This document shows positions 29,432 to 39,188 of a DNA stretch of 64,000 bases, piece by piece. Numbering within the stretch: the stretch's first letter is position 1; every line of letters begins with the position of its first letter. The notes under the pieces are model-generated. The model was not told the DNA's origin and made no database searches. It saw nothing but the letters and a program-made list of their open reading frames with translations. The stretch is from Calditrichia bacterium (lineage in GTDB: Bacteria; Calditrichota; Calditrichia; RBG-13-44-9; J075). The position numbers and the translations under genes are program-made. The stretch covers positions 64,001-128,000 of the forward strand of contig JBOEGD010000024.1 of NCBI GenBank assembly GCA_050633245.1, written 5' to 3'.

Positions 29432-30691
29432 ATGACCAGCCAAACGATTGATTGTGGTAAATTGGACGGAAGGTTGTCCGTTCCAGCCTCTAAAAGCCTG
29501 ACGCATCGCTATTTCATCCAGGCAGCCCTTTCGGGAAATCCCGTTACAATTTATAAGCCTCTGAAAAGCGAAGATGCACATATTACTCTAACCGCTTTGC
29601 AGAAAATGGGGTATGATGCCGCAGATTATGACGATCATGTTGTATTTAGCGGTAAGCGTATTCCGGTGTCTTCCTGCTCATTCTGGGTAGAGAACTCTGG
29701 CACCAGTGCACGCCTCTTAAGTGGCGTTATGGCGCTGCAATCCTTTCCCTGCGAAATGGATGGTTCCGCGCGAATGCGAGAACGTCCCATGCAAACATTG
29801 ATAGATGCCCTTCAAAAATTGGGGGCAACGGTTGAGCATCACAATGGTTATTTGCCACTTAAAACCAGCGGCGGTAACCTAAGTGGCCGCTTGCTGGAGG
29901 TTGACGCTTCGAAGTCATCCCAGTTTCTTTCTTCGATACTGCTGATCGCTCCCTATCTTGACGGGGAGCTGAAGTTGCTGTATGGAGAAAACCTTGCCAG
30001 CGCATCTTATTTAACTATGACCGTTGAGCTAATGAAGCGAGCGGGTGTTGAAGTCTCTGAAATTTCAGGTGGGTTTATTGTGAAAGGTGGTAGCGGATAC
30101 AGCATAGCCGATACCACGGTAGAAGGCGACTTCTCTAGCGCATCGTATTTTTTGACAGGCGCTGCACTCAGCGGGGGCAAGGTAAGTATTTCCAATGTAA
30201 CTGCTGATTCTCTGCAGGGTGATGCCGTTATTACCGAAGTGCTTCGCCAGGCAGGAGCAGAGGTGCAATGGCATGATTCCGGAGTTACTGTCACAGGCAC
30301 CGGAAGAATTCATGCCGTAGATGTAGATGTGCGATCTGTGCCCGACCTCGCTCCAACGATTGCCGTTCTTGCATTGTTTGCAGACGGTATGTCCCGGTTG
30401 AGACATGTCGACCACCTGCGCTATAAAGAGTGTGATCGCCTTGCTGCAGTAATTGAAAATATTAGTCGCTTAGGTGGAAAAGCATATGCTGAGGACAATC
30501 AGCTTATTATTGAACCACGGCCACTAAAAGGCGCTCTGCTCGCTTCGTATAATGACCACCGAATGGCCATGTGTTTTGCACTGGCAGGATTGCGTGTCCC
30601 CGGAGTGGTTATCGAAAATCGCGAATGTGTTATAAAGTCTTACCCCGGATATTGGGAGGATTTTCACCATCTCCATCAAGCAAAGACATAA
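29432..30691 (+). CDS. aroA: EPSP synthase
   Basis: PASKSLTHR, NSGTSAR, SKSSQFLS, HLRYKECDR, DHRMAM. Confidence 0.96.
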   Translation: MTSQTIDCGKLDGRLSVPASKSLTHRYFIQAALSGNPVTIYKPLKSEDAHITLTALQKMGYDAADYDDHVVFSGKRIPVSSCSFWVENSGTSARLLSGVMALQSFPCEMDGSARMRERPMQTLIDALQKLGATVEHHNGYLPLKTSGGNLSGRLLEVDASKSSQFLSSILLIAPYLDGELKLLYGENLASASYLTMTVELMKRAGVEVSEISGGFIVKGGSGYSIADTTVEGDFSSASYFLTGAALSGGKVSISNVTADSLQGDAVITEVLRQAGAEVQWHDSGVTVTGTGRIHAVDVDVRSVPDLAPTIAVLALFADGMSRLRHVDHLRYKECDRLAAVIENISRLGGKAYAEDNQLIIEPRPLKGALLASYNDHRMAMCFALAGLRVPGVVIENRECVIKSYPGYWEDFHHLHQAKT

Positions 30692-30704
30692 ATTCTCGAA
30701 GATC

Positions 30705-31202
30705 GTGTTAATTGGCTATCGCTGTGTGGGGAAGACTACACTTGGTGCTGCACTATCAACTCATTTGAACCTTCCGGTTATTTCCAGTGATTCCGAAATT
30801 GAGCAAAAAGTTGATCAACCGATAGCAGCTTTTGTAAAGCAGAATGGGTGGCCGCCATTTCGTGCTATTGAAAAATCCGTTATTAAAGATCTGTGCCGGC
30901 GAGTAGATTGCATTGTTGATTGTGGTGGTGGAGTTGTAGTGGATCCCGAGAATATGCGGCTGCTAACTGCAGACTCCTTAGTTGTCTGGGTCGACGCTGA
31001 CCGAAAGGATATTTTGCAACGCATGCTTGATGATACAACGCGTCCATTACTTAGCGGCGTCGATCTAAAGCAGGATATTGAAGAAAATTACCTCCGGCGC
31101 ATGCCTCTTTATCGCAAATACTCAAAGCTTCGTTTAGACACTTCAACGATAAGCCTGGAAGACTGCTTGGGCAAAGTAGAGCAAGCGTTTAAGAAGCAAT
31201 AA
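30705..31202 (+). CDS. aroK: shikimate kinase (start uncertain)
   Basis: LIGYRCVGKTT P-loop, GWPPFRAIE, CGGGVV, RPLL. Confidence 0.92.
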   Translation: MLIGYRCVGKTTLGAALSTHLNLPVISSDSEIEQKVDQPIAAFVKQNGWPPFRAIEKSVIKDLCRRVDCIVDCGGGVVVDPENMRLLTADSLVVWVDADRKDILQRMLDDTTRPLLSGVDLKQDIEENYLRRMPLYRKYSKLRLDTSTISLEDCLGKVEQAFKKQ

Positions 31203-31213
31203 CCACTCACTGT

Positions 31214-34200
31214 CTACTTATTTTTCTTAACGGGCTTAATCGGCTTTTTCGTTGCCTTGCTCGCAGGCTTCTTAGATAAAGCTTTGGACTTAGGCTTCGC
31301 CTGCTTTTTTATTGAAGGCTTCGTCTGTTTTGGGGAAGCTTTTGTCTTTTTTGCTGTTGTTCCAGGCTTCTTTTTCGCTGGTGGCTTGAGTGCCTCAAGC
31401 AATTGCATTACCAGATACCCGGATTTGTCTTCTGCCTTCTGCCATAATTGCAGCAGCTGATGTCTTGCAATAATTTCTTCAGCAACGGAATTAGCTGCTT
31501 TGCTTTTTCCTGTTGTTGGAACAGTAATAATCAGTTCAAGCACAGAAATCAGATATAGCCAGCTGGTTATTATCTCGAATGCCTCTTTATTGAACCAAAG
31601 CTTATCCTCATAGCGATTAACAGATAAGAACTGTTGAAAGTCCAGGTCATTAAACAGCGTACTTAGAATCTCATGAGCACCGGCTGCTTTCTTTCTCTGC
31701 TCCGATGGATACCAATTTACATGCGAGGTTAGAAGCTTGATAATCTGAATGGCTTCGTTCGCTTTATTGTTGTCGTGTAACAGGATGTTGAGCTCATTAC
31801 GGATCACCTTATAGAGCAATAATTCATCGATCCAGCTTCTGCTTTTTTCATGATAAGAAGTATCCTTTTTTGCCCCAAGCATGCCAAGTGCATGAACATA
31901 AATCCACGATAAAAGCGTAGCCTGGTTTAGCTCATCAGACATAAGTTTATCGACTTCAGCAAGTGCTGCTTTATATTTACGTGATCTGGCCAATGGAAAG
32001 GCTGCCGCAAGTGTATCGCTATCCAGACGCCATGTATTTTGCAGAAGTAGCTCAACGCGAACCATTAAGGCTTTCGGTTTCGATTCTAAATTTTTGTGCT
32101 GTGTAAGCAGGGTGCAAAATGAACTATACAGATCGATTGTGCGATTAATTGTATTTTCGCTTGCAGGCTGCTCTTCTTCAGTGTCTGTCGACTTGATATC
32201 TGAAGCGAACCAGGTACGCAGCTGTTCGGCACTACCAAGACTGCGATACGCTTGATGGAGCGGCTGTAGAGTTAATTCGCGCAGCGCCTCTTCAACACTT
32301 GGAACTCCCCTGCCGTTTAGATAATCCGTTAATCGCGCGCACTGCTTCGTTTCATCGTCCCGGAGTTCCCGGACTTCCGGATAAACGTGATACTCATATC
32401 CTTTTAGCTCAATGAGCAGTCCGCGATCGAGCAGTTCCTGACTCCGATAAATTGTCTCCAGCCCTTTAACGCTATCGCGCAGAATACAAAATCTATCGGG
32501 ACCACCTTCTAGCGTTAGTCCCTGCCCGAGCGTTTTTTGGGTAAGTGTTTTAGTGCCGCTTTTGTCGAGAAAGGCCGCGGAGGTGCGAATCCAGCCAACG
32601 GTTGGCTCATAGGCATTGTTAAAAACAACTAAGCTGCGCTCGGTGCCGGAACGGTTGGTGTAAGCGAATACATTCTCATTCACGCGTCCATCTGACTGGT
32701 AGAAATCATAGAGCAGGAAGTTCTCCACTTCCGCAAACAGATAGCGTTTCTTCATAATGGGAAAAATTTCGCGTTCATGTCGTTTTACCAAATACTCATT
32801 TGGTTTCTCATCGAAATAGGCACGCTGATACTCCATGCCGTATTTCTCTTTGAAGCCTTCAACTTGTCCGTGGCCAAACATTGGCAGGCCCGGCATTGTG
32901 CACATCAGCATGCAAATGCCAAAATACTTATCGCCATCACCAAATTGATCAATTGCGGTTTCTTCATCCGGGTTGCTCATGAAGTTCACGTAGCGCTTTA
33001 ATATTTCCGGATCAAACTCCAGTGTATTCTTAATGGTGTAGCGATATTTTTTGTTCTCTTCCTTCATTAGCATATGCATGAAAGCGCTATTGTAAACGCG
33101 ATGCATACCCAATGTGCGAACGAAATATCCCTCCATCATCCAAAACGCCTCGGCTAAAAGCAGCGTTTCCGGGGCTTCTTCTGCGACGCGATCGACAACT
33201 TCTCGCCAAAACTCCTGCGGAATAAGGGCATTAAATTGTGCGCGGGTAAGGCCGTGCTCTGCTCGGGAGGGAATATCGCCTCCGCTGCCGGGTTCCGGAA
33301 ACCAAAGCCTGTGGAAGTGCTTTTTGGCAAGCGTCATGGCGGCATCAAAACGAATTACCGGGAATTTTTTTGCAACGGAAAGAATCGTTTGAATGGCAGC
33401 TTCCCGCACCTCCGGGTTTAAGTAGTTTAGCTGAGCAGTATCATTCCACGGCATACTGGTACCGTCGTTACCATGATAGATATAGCGCGTTTCGCCAGTC
33501 GAATGATCTACGCGTTTAAACACGACTGAAGCATCTGTGCGGTCGTAATAGTGATCCTCTAAAAAAATGCCGACATTGGGATCTGTAGAAAGATCTTTGC
33601 CGTTGAAAGTATACGCCGGAAATGGGGGATAGGGGGACTGTACAAACCAGTCTGGATGTTCGTGAATCCACTTTGAATCAACTCCGGTATGGTTTGGAAC
33701 CATGTCGCTGCCGAGACGAATGCCGCGTTTCCAACAGCGTTCTTTTAGATCTTTATAAGCAGCCTCACCGCCAAGCTGGTCGGCAATTTGATAGTCGAAT
33801 AACGAATAGGCTGATGATGCCGCGTCAGGATTTCCGCAAAGATGTTTAATCTCACGTGATGCCGTGCTGCGTTCCCAAATGCCGATTAGCCAGAGTCCGG
33901 TAAATCCCCATTGAGATAGCTTGTCGAGCTCCTCGTCCGGAATCTGATCGAGAGTCTTTACCTCAAGATCATACGCTCTGCCAAGCTGATCCAGCCATAC
34001 CAGCGTGCTTTTTGCCATTAGAACCAGCTGTGGCATCCAGTGTAAGTCCATGCTGAATTGCTCGACCTCTTCATCCTGTCCCCAAAAATCCGGAACATGG
34101 GTTGGTGCAGGGCCAAGGCCGGGATTAAAGCGTACTTTTGTTTCTTCTGTAATAAAATCTATGTTGCGTAATACCCGGGTCTCATAGGTTGTCGGTGGTG

Positions 34201-35068
34201 CTCCCCATTTAGTGATGAACTCTTTACCAAGTCGAGACTCCCAATCTATTTGCAGGTCGGATTTCAAAAATGCCGGCCACTCTGCTCGCATAAAGTTGAG
34301 TTGATCTATCAAAGAATGTGGGTTCTGTTTAGCCGGATTTAGAAGCATTTGGAAAAGGCTTATGCCACTTCCTTCTTCACCAAAAAGCGGTTGATCATCG
34401 AAGAATACTTCAAGCTGCCCCATTGCCTGAAGATAGGCCGTCTCTTCGCGCAAGCTATTGTCATCAAAAAGCTCTTGATACTTTGTAAAAGCCGGGTTGG
34501 CATTGGTAATCCATAGGAGAAGCATTTCTTCAAGAGCAACTTGCCGATTAGAGCGTTCTGCTGTTTTGCCCGCGAGGTAAGTTTCGAGAGTGATGGTACC
34601 GCGATAAACCGGAAGTGGCGGGAATTCCTCAAGGAAGCGGTTTAGCATGGTGTTGATCTCCGCATCCCCAAAACGATTGCCCAGCCATTCAAGAGCCTCG
34701 TCGAATACATTGCTGTTTTTCTCTTCACGATACTGCATCAGCATTTTGTGCAGGATCTCGTGAATCAAACCCATTGCGTTAATCTCGGCGGCACTAATGG
34801 CCTGTTCAGGGAAATTCAGTAAATCCCGCTGTTCATTCATTTTTTGAGCGAATAGTCGAGCGGCATGAAAATTGGCGAAAATGACATTGCCGGAAATCGA
34901 AAACATACTGAGGTCGAATTGATACCGATCGCGTGCACTGCGCGACACGTGAAACTCTAATCGATCTGATGAAAAGGAGTGCTGTAATTTGTGGTCGGTT
35001 TTATTGATTCCGGAACAGGAAAATTCTATCATAGTGCCTTCGAACTCAATCATTATATGTCGATTCAT
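31214..35068 (-). CDS. large GH13 alpha-amylase-family protein with Lys-rich tail (start uncertain)
   Basis: DMVPNH, IRFDAA, LLAEAFW, FMSNPDE regions. Confidence 0.85.
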   Translation of the reverse strand: MNRHIMIEFEGTMIEFSCSGINKTDHKLQHSFSSDRLEFHVSRSARDRYQFDLSMFSISGNVIFANFHAARLFAQKMNEQRDLLNFPEQAISAAEINAMGLIHEILHKMLMQYREEKNSNVFDEALEWLGNRFGDAEINTMLNRFLEEFPPLPVYRGTITLETYLAGKTAERSNRQVALEEMLLLWITNANPAFTKYQELFDDNSLREETAYLQAMGQLEVFFDDQPLFGEEGSGISLFQMLLNPAKQNPHSLIDQLNFMRAEWPAFLKSDLQIDWESRLGKEFITKWGAPPTTYETRVLRNIDFITEETKVRFNPGLGPAPTHVPDFWGQDEEVEQFSMDLHWMPQLVLMAKSTLVWLDQLGRAYDLEVKTLDQIPDEELDKLSQWGFTGLWLIGIWERSTASREIKHLCGNPDAASSAYSLFDYQIADQLGGEAAYKDLKERCWKRGIRLGSDMVPNHTGVDSKWIHEHPDWFVQSPYPPFPAYTFNGKDLSTDPNVGIFLEDHYYDRTDASVVFKRVDHSTGETRYIYHGNDGTSMPWNDTAQLNYLNPEVREAAIQTILSVAKKFPVIRFDAAMTLAKKHFHRLWFPEPGSGGDIPSRAEHGLTRAQFNALIPQEFWREVVDRVAEEAPETLLLAEAFWMMEGYFVRTLGMHRVYNSAFMHMLMKEENKKYRYTIKNTLEFDPEILKRYVNFMSNPDEETAIDQFGDGDKYFGICMLMCTMPGLPMFGHGQVEGFKEKYGMEYQRAYFDEKPNEYLVKRHEREIFPIMKKRYLFAEVENFLLYDFYQSDGRVNENVFAYTNRSGTERSLVVFNNAYEPTVGWIRTSAAFLDKSGTKTLTQKTLGQGLTLEGGPDRFCILRDSVKGLETIYRSQELLDRGLLIELKGYEYHVYPEVRELRDDETKQCARLTDYLNGRGVPSVEEALRELTLQPLHQAYRSLGSAEQLRTWFASDIKSTDTEEEQPASENTINRTIDLYSSFCTLLTQHKNLESKPKALMVRVELLLQNTWRLDSDTLAAAFPLARSRKYKAALAEVDKLMSDELNQATLLSWIYVHALGMLGAKKDTSYHEKSRSWIDELLLYKVIRNELNILLHDNNKANEAIQIIKLLTSHVNWYPSEQRKKAAGAHEILSTLFNDLDFQQFLSVNRYEDKLWFNKEAFEIITSWLYLISVLELIITVPTTGKSKAANSVAEEIIARHQLLQLWQKAEDKSGYLVMQLLEALKPPAKKKPGTTAKKTKASPKQTKPSIKKQAKPKSKALSKKPASKATKKPIKPVKKNK

Positions 35069-35165
35069 GGGATGTAAGGGTGCACGAAGTTATCAACAGC
35101 AACCCGATCATACAAGCAAAATTAGGCAATGCGTTCATTAAAAATGGTTAGTGGATTAGAAAAAC

Positions 35166-35194
35166 TTGACATTCTAAAGCCAGTTTTGTATGTT
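35166..35194 (+). promoter_or_regulatory. sigma70-type promoter of the leader-pheA operon
   Basis: TTGACA-17 nt-TATGTT upstream of the leader ORF. Confidence 0.65.
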
Positions 35195-35222
35195 TTGCAA
35201 AACATTACAGGAATACAGAAGC

Positions 35223-35288
35223 ATGAAACGTTACAGCCACCTATTTTTCTTTTTTGGTTATTACTACTGGCCTAAATCCGGGACCTGA
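35223..35288 (+). CDS. aromatic amino-acid attenuation leader peptide MKRYSHLFFFFGYYYWPKSGT
   Basis: 21 codons with 4 Phe, 4 Tyr and 1 Trp; lies between the promoter and terminator upstream of pheA. Confidence 0.9.
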   Translation: MKRYSHLFFFFGYYYWPKSGT

Positions 35289-35333
35289 GCGGCTGTATAT
35301 TTAAAAAGACATATACTTAGATAATAATCGCAT

Positions 35334-35365
35334 AAAGGTTCTGAATATTCAGGACCTTTTTTTTT
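35334..35365 (+). terminator. attenuator (intrinsic terminator) upstream of pheA
   Basis: AAAGGTTCTGA-ATAT-TCAGGACCTTT stem followed by a T-run (9 T, 35357-35365); alternative pairing with 35279-35286. Confidence 0.88.
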
Positions 35366-35384
35366 GCCTAAAAATGGAGCAGTA

Positions 35385-36233
35385 ATGAACGTAGCTATTC
35401 AGGGGGGAAGGGCGTCTTTCCACGATATGGCAGCGAGAAAATACTTCGCAGGAGAAACTCTGGAGCTGTTGGAATGTGCATCGTTCAGGGAGCTGTGTCG
35501 GGCAGTAGTGAAAGACCGGGTAGATTTTGCACTGATGGCAATTGAAAATACGCTTGTTGGAAGCATTTTACCGAACTATTCGTTGTTGAGGGAATACCCG
35601 CTTTCAATTCAGGGTGAGGTTTATTTACCAATCAGCCATCATTTAATGGCTCTTCCCGGGCAACGTTTTACGGAAATAAAAAGTGTGCGTTCGCATCCGA
35701 TGGCCCTGCTGCAATGTAGTGAGTTTTTGGATCGATATCCGCAAATACACATTGTCGAGGGAAGCGATACCGCAGATAGTGCACGCGATATTCGTGAGAA
35801 CAGTCTATCCGGCGTGGCTGCGATTGCCAGCCGCTTGGCTGCTGAAACGTATGAGCTGGATGTGCTTGCAGATCATATTGAAAACCTCCAGCACAATTAT
35901 ACCCGTTTTCTGATTCTTTCTGCCAGCAATATCCAAAACTCACATGGTAATAAGGCCGCACTTAACTTTCGAGTCGATCATTCAACCGGCTCATTAGTAA
36001 AAGCACTGGGAGTTATGAGCGCGCATGAAATTAATCTTACACAGATTCAGTCTATTGCCCTACCAGACCACCCCCATGAATATGCTTTCCATGTTGATGT
36101 AGAATGGGACACGGCCGCTGATTTTGAAAAGGCGATGCAGGAAATGCAGAAATATACCCGACGTTTAACTATTCTGGGTAGATACAGCAAAGGAGAGCGG
36201 CCTTATGATCGTACCACCAGCCAGCCGACTTGA
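35385..36233 (+). CDS. pheA: prephenate dehydratase (PDT-ACT)
   Basis: VAIQG, AIENTLVGS, SHPMALLQC, NYTRFL, INLTQIQS. Confidence 0.93.
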   Translation: MNVAIQGGRASFHDMAARKYFAGETLELLECASFRELCRAVVKDRVDFALMAIENTLVGSILPNYSLLREYPLSIQGEVYLPISHHLMALPGQRFTEIKSVRSHPMALLQCSEFLDRYPQIHIVEGSDTADSARDIRENSLSGVAAIASRLAAETYELDVLADHIENLQHNYTRFLILSASNIQNSHGNKAALNFRVDHSTGSLVKALGVMSAHEINLTQIQSIALPDHPHEYAFHVDVEWDTAADFEKAMQEMQKYTRRLTILGRYSKGERPYDRTTSQPT

Positions 36234-37353
36234 TGTTGTGGAGGAATATTACTTTGCGCATAAACTTAGAGAAGTGCGTGCGCTTATAGCTGCCGGGAAT
36301 GATGTGGTAAATCTTGGAATTGGTAATCCTGACCTGCCGCCGGCAGAAGATGTTGTTTCGCGCTTGCAAAAGGAAGCGAAGCGTACCGATGTGCATGGAT
36401 ATCAGCCGTATATGGGCATCGCTTCGCTGCGTGCTTCGATGGCAGGATATTATCAGAATACTTATGGTGTTACGCTCGATCCGGAGTTGGAGATTTTACC
36501 GTTAATGGGATCGAAAGAGGGCATCTTCCATTTGTCGATGGCTTTTCTAAATCCCGGTGATCACGTACTGGTGCCGAATCCGGGTTATTTGGGTTATACG
36601 GCGGCAAGCCGCTTGGCAGGCGCGACAACGCGCTTGTATAATCTTACCGCTGATAAGAAGTGGCTGCCTGACTTTGCTGCTCTTGAGGCGGCTGATTTGT
36701 CCGGCGTGAAAATGATGTGGATAAACTATCCGCACATGCCAACTGGTGCAACTGCCAGTCGAGAGTTTTTTCAGCAGGTGAGTCGATTTGGTGAGCGTCA
36801 CAGCATTTTAATCTGCCATGATAACCCTTATTCGCGAATAGATAATGCCGAACCTCTGAGTATTTTTAATGGTGGTAGCAAGGAATGTTGTATTGAACTG
36901 AACTCTCTTAGTAAGAGCCATAATATGGCCGGATGGAGAATCGGTATGTTGATTGGAGCCACTGAATACTTACAGACGGCACTTGCTGTTAAAAGTAATC
37001 TGGATTCAGGAATGTTTCAACCCATCCAGCAGGCAGCGTCGGAAGCCCTGGCCTTACAGAGCAACTGGTTGAATAAACAATCGGAGATTTATCGACGTCG
37101 TAAGCAGTTGGCGTATCACTTGCTTGATGCACTTGGATGTTCCTATGTGAAGGATACTGCCGGAATGTTTGTTTGGGCGCAGGTAGCAAATAGCGTTGAA
37201 AATGTAGAAACCTTTGTCGACAGGCTGTTGTTTGAAAAGCATGTATTTATTGCGCCGGGATTTATTTTCGGTAGCAATGGAATGCGCTACGTTCGCATTT
37301 CTGTATGTGCACCGGAAGAGCGGATTCAGGAAGCAATTAATCGTTTAAACTAA
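36205..37353 (+). CDS. class I/II PLP aminotransferase (probably aromatic pathway)
   Basis: NLGIGNPD, GSKEG, NYPHMPTG, DNPY, SLSKSHNMAGWRIG. Confidence 0.9.
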   Translation: MIVPPASRLDVVEEYYFAHKLREVRALIAAGNDVVNLGIGNPDLPPAEDVVSRLQKEAKRTDVHGYQPYMGIASLRASMAGYYQNTYGVTLDPELEILPLMGSKEGIFHLSMAFLNPGDHVLVPNPGYLGYTAASRLAGATTRLYNLTADKKWLPDFAALEAADLSGVKMMWINYPHMPTGATASREFFQQVSRFGERHSILICHDNPYSRIDNAEPLSIFNGGSKECCIELNSLSKSHNMAGWRIGMLIGATEYLQTALAVKSNLDSGMFQPIQQAASEALALQSNWLNKQSEIYRRRKQLAYHLLDALGCSYVKDTAGMFVWAQVANSVENVETFVDRLLFEKHVFIAPGFIFGSNGMRYVRISVCAPEERIQEAINRLN

Positions 37354-37370
37354 TATATCTGAGGTGTACT

Positions 37371-38480
37371 ATGAGTATTGGAAAGCTTAATCTTGAACTG
37401 CCGGAATGGATGCCATCTGATCGCCCGTTACTAATCTCCGGCCCATGTAGTGCTGAAACCGAAGAGCAGGTTCTGGAAACAGCCCGAGCTTTGAAGGAAG
37501 TCGGAAATGTAGACCTGTTTCGTGCTGGAATCTGGAAACCACGAACCCGTCCAAATACATTTGCCGGCGTTGGTATTAAAGGACTTGGCTGGCTGCAGAA
37601 AGTAAAAAAGGAAACAGGGTTACGCACAGCAGTTGAAATTGCTAATGCGAATCATGCTTATGAGGCGCTGAAGCATGGGATCGATGTGCTGTGGATTGGG
37701 GCTAGAACGACGGTAAGTCCATTCGCCGTGCAGGAAATAGCGGATGCCTTAAAGGGAGCGGATGTCCCGGTATTGGTAAAGAACCCAATTAATCCTGATC
37801 TCCAGCTATGGATCGGTGCCTTAGAACGCCTGAACCAGGCTGGAATTACCAAGCTTGCTGCAATCCATCGGGGTTTTTCCTCGAGCGTTACTGCTCCATA
37901 TCGCAATACTCCCAAGTGGCGCATTCCAATTGAACTAAAACGTCTGATCCCGGAAATTCCGATGATCTGCGATCCCAGTCATATTGCGGGAAAACGCGAG
38001 TTTCTGGAGCCGCTTTCTCAGCGCGCTTTGGACCTGGCTATGCAGGGTCTTATGATTGAGACGCATCCCGATCCGGCAAATGCGCTCAGTGATTCTGCAC
38101 AGCAAATCCGACCATCGGAGCTGCCCACCCTTATGGAGAATTTGACGTATCGCAAGCCATCCGGAGATGAAAAGCAACAGGCGAATATGCTGGAGGTCTT
38201 GCGAGGTGAAATTGACAACCTCGATCAACAGCTTTTGGATGTTTTGGCACGCCGTTCTCAAATTTCAACTCGCATTGGTGAGTACAAAGATGAAAATAAT
38301 ATGACAATTTTTCAGGTCCGTCGCTGGGAGAAAGTGCTCGGTAGCCGTTTAGATGACGCTACGAACATGGGTGTTGAGGAAAGATTTGTTAAAGAAATCT
38401 TCCAGATTATTCACCACCATTCCATCGAGCTTCAGGAAAAGGTAATGAACCAAAAAAAGACGAAAAAGCCGGTATCTTAA
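37371..38480 (+). CDS. bifunctional DAHP synthase / C-terminal chorismate mutase
   Basis: ISGPCSAE, RAGIWKPRTRP, WIGART, DPSH; C-terminal AroQ-like LRGEIDNLD..RR..IGEYK. Confidence 0.92.
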   Translation: MSIGKLNLELPEWMPSDRPLLISGPCSAETEEQVLETARALKEVGNVDLFRAGIWKPRTRPNTFAGVGIKGLGWLQKVKKETGLRTAVEIANANHAYEALKHGIDVLWIGARTTVSPFAVQEIADALKGADVPVLVKNPINPDLQLWIGALERLNQAGITKLAAIHRGFSSSVTAPYRNTPKWRIPIELKRLIPEIPMICDPSHIAGKREFLEPLSQRALDLAMQGLMIETHPDPANALSDSAQQIRPSELPTLMENLTYRKPSGDEKQQANMLEVLRGEIDNLDQQLLDVLARRSQISTRIGEYKDENNMTIFQVRRWEKVLGSRLDDATNMGVEERFVKEIFQIIHHHSIELQEKVMNQKKTKKPVS

Positions 38481-38511
38481 AAAGCGACTTGTGAAGTTTT
38501 TTGTGAGGCTC

Positions 38512-39177
38512 TTAATAATTGATGATGAGTGGAATCTGTGGCCGGAAATCCATGCGGCCGTGGGTTCCGCTATCAAGAGTAAGCTCAAGCGTTGGTGAGG
38601 AGCCTTGCTTCAATTCGATAATATTATGTTTTGCCAGTTCAGCTAAGGCCAGGCTTGAGTCGGGAAACTGACCATGCAGAGTCGTTTTGGTTAAATATTC
38701 CCCACCAAATTGATGCTTCAGCGGCTGTTGTCTCTTTGGTGGATAATCTTCTTGTCTCTCGGGGAATGGCAGCATGAAAACTTCCGGTGACAATAGACTA
38801 TCAGGCTCATCAGACATTTGGATCCCCGCAATATCGGGAAAATATTCGGGTTTGTAGAGCCATGTGGGAAAGGGCAATGCCTGTGGTGGCAAAGAGGTAG
38901 GGCGCAGGCAGATTCCAAAAGGAGACGATTTATTGTTGCGCCACTTCGAACGATCGTAAAGTTTTAAGCGACCTGCTTCCCCGGTGGTTGCTTCAACCTT
39001 ATCAGTTATCCAGAGAAACTCCAGCATAGCGTTGCGGCAGTAAAACCTCCTGTTCGCACTACCCTGACCGGGATGCGTATTTCTGCTGCCCTCAGTCCAG
39101 CCAAACTTAACCAGCTCTTCGGCTTGCGGTGCTTCAAATTCAGACAAGATAAACAGATGGTCTATTTCGTAATTCAT
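38512..39177 (-). CDS. VOC/glyoxalase-like protein
   Basis: IDHLFI, HPGQGSANRRFY, LEFLW. Confidence 0.78.
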   Translation of the reverse strand: MNYEIDHLFILSEFEAPQAEELVKFGWTEGSRNTHPGQGSANRRFYCRNAMLEFLWITDKVEATTGEAGRLKLYDRSKWRNNKSSPFGICLRPTSLPPQALPFPTWLYKPEYFPDIAGIQMSDEPDSLLSPEVFMLPFPERQEDYPPKRQQPLKHQFGGEYLTKTTLHGQFPDSSLALAELAKHNIIELKQGSSPTLELTLDSGTHGRMDFRPQIPLIINY

Positions 39178-39188
39178 AGAGGTAGTGT

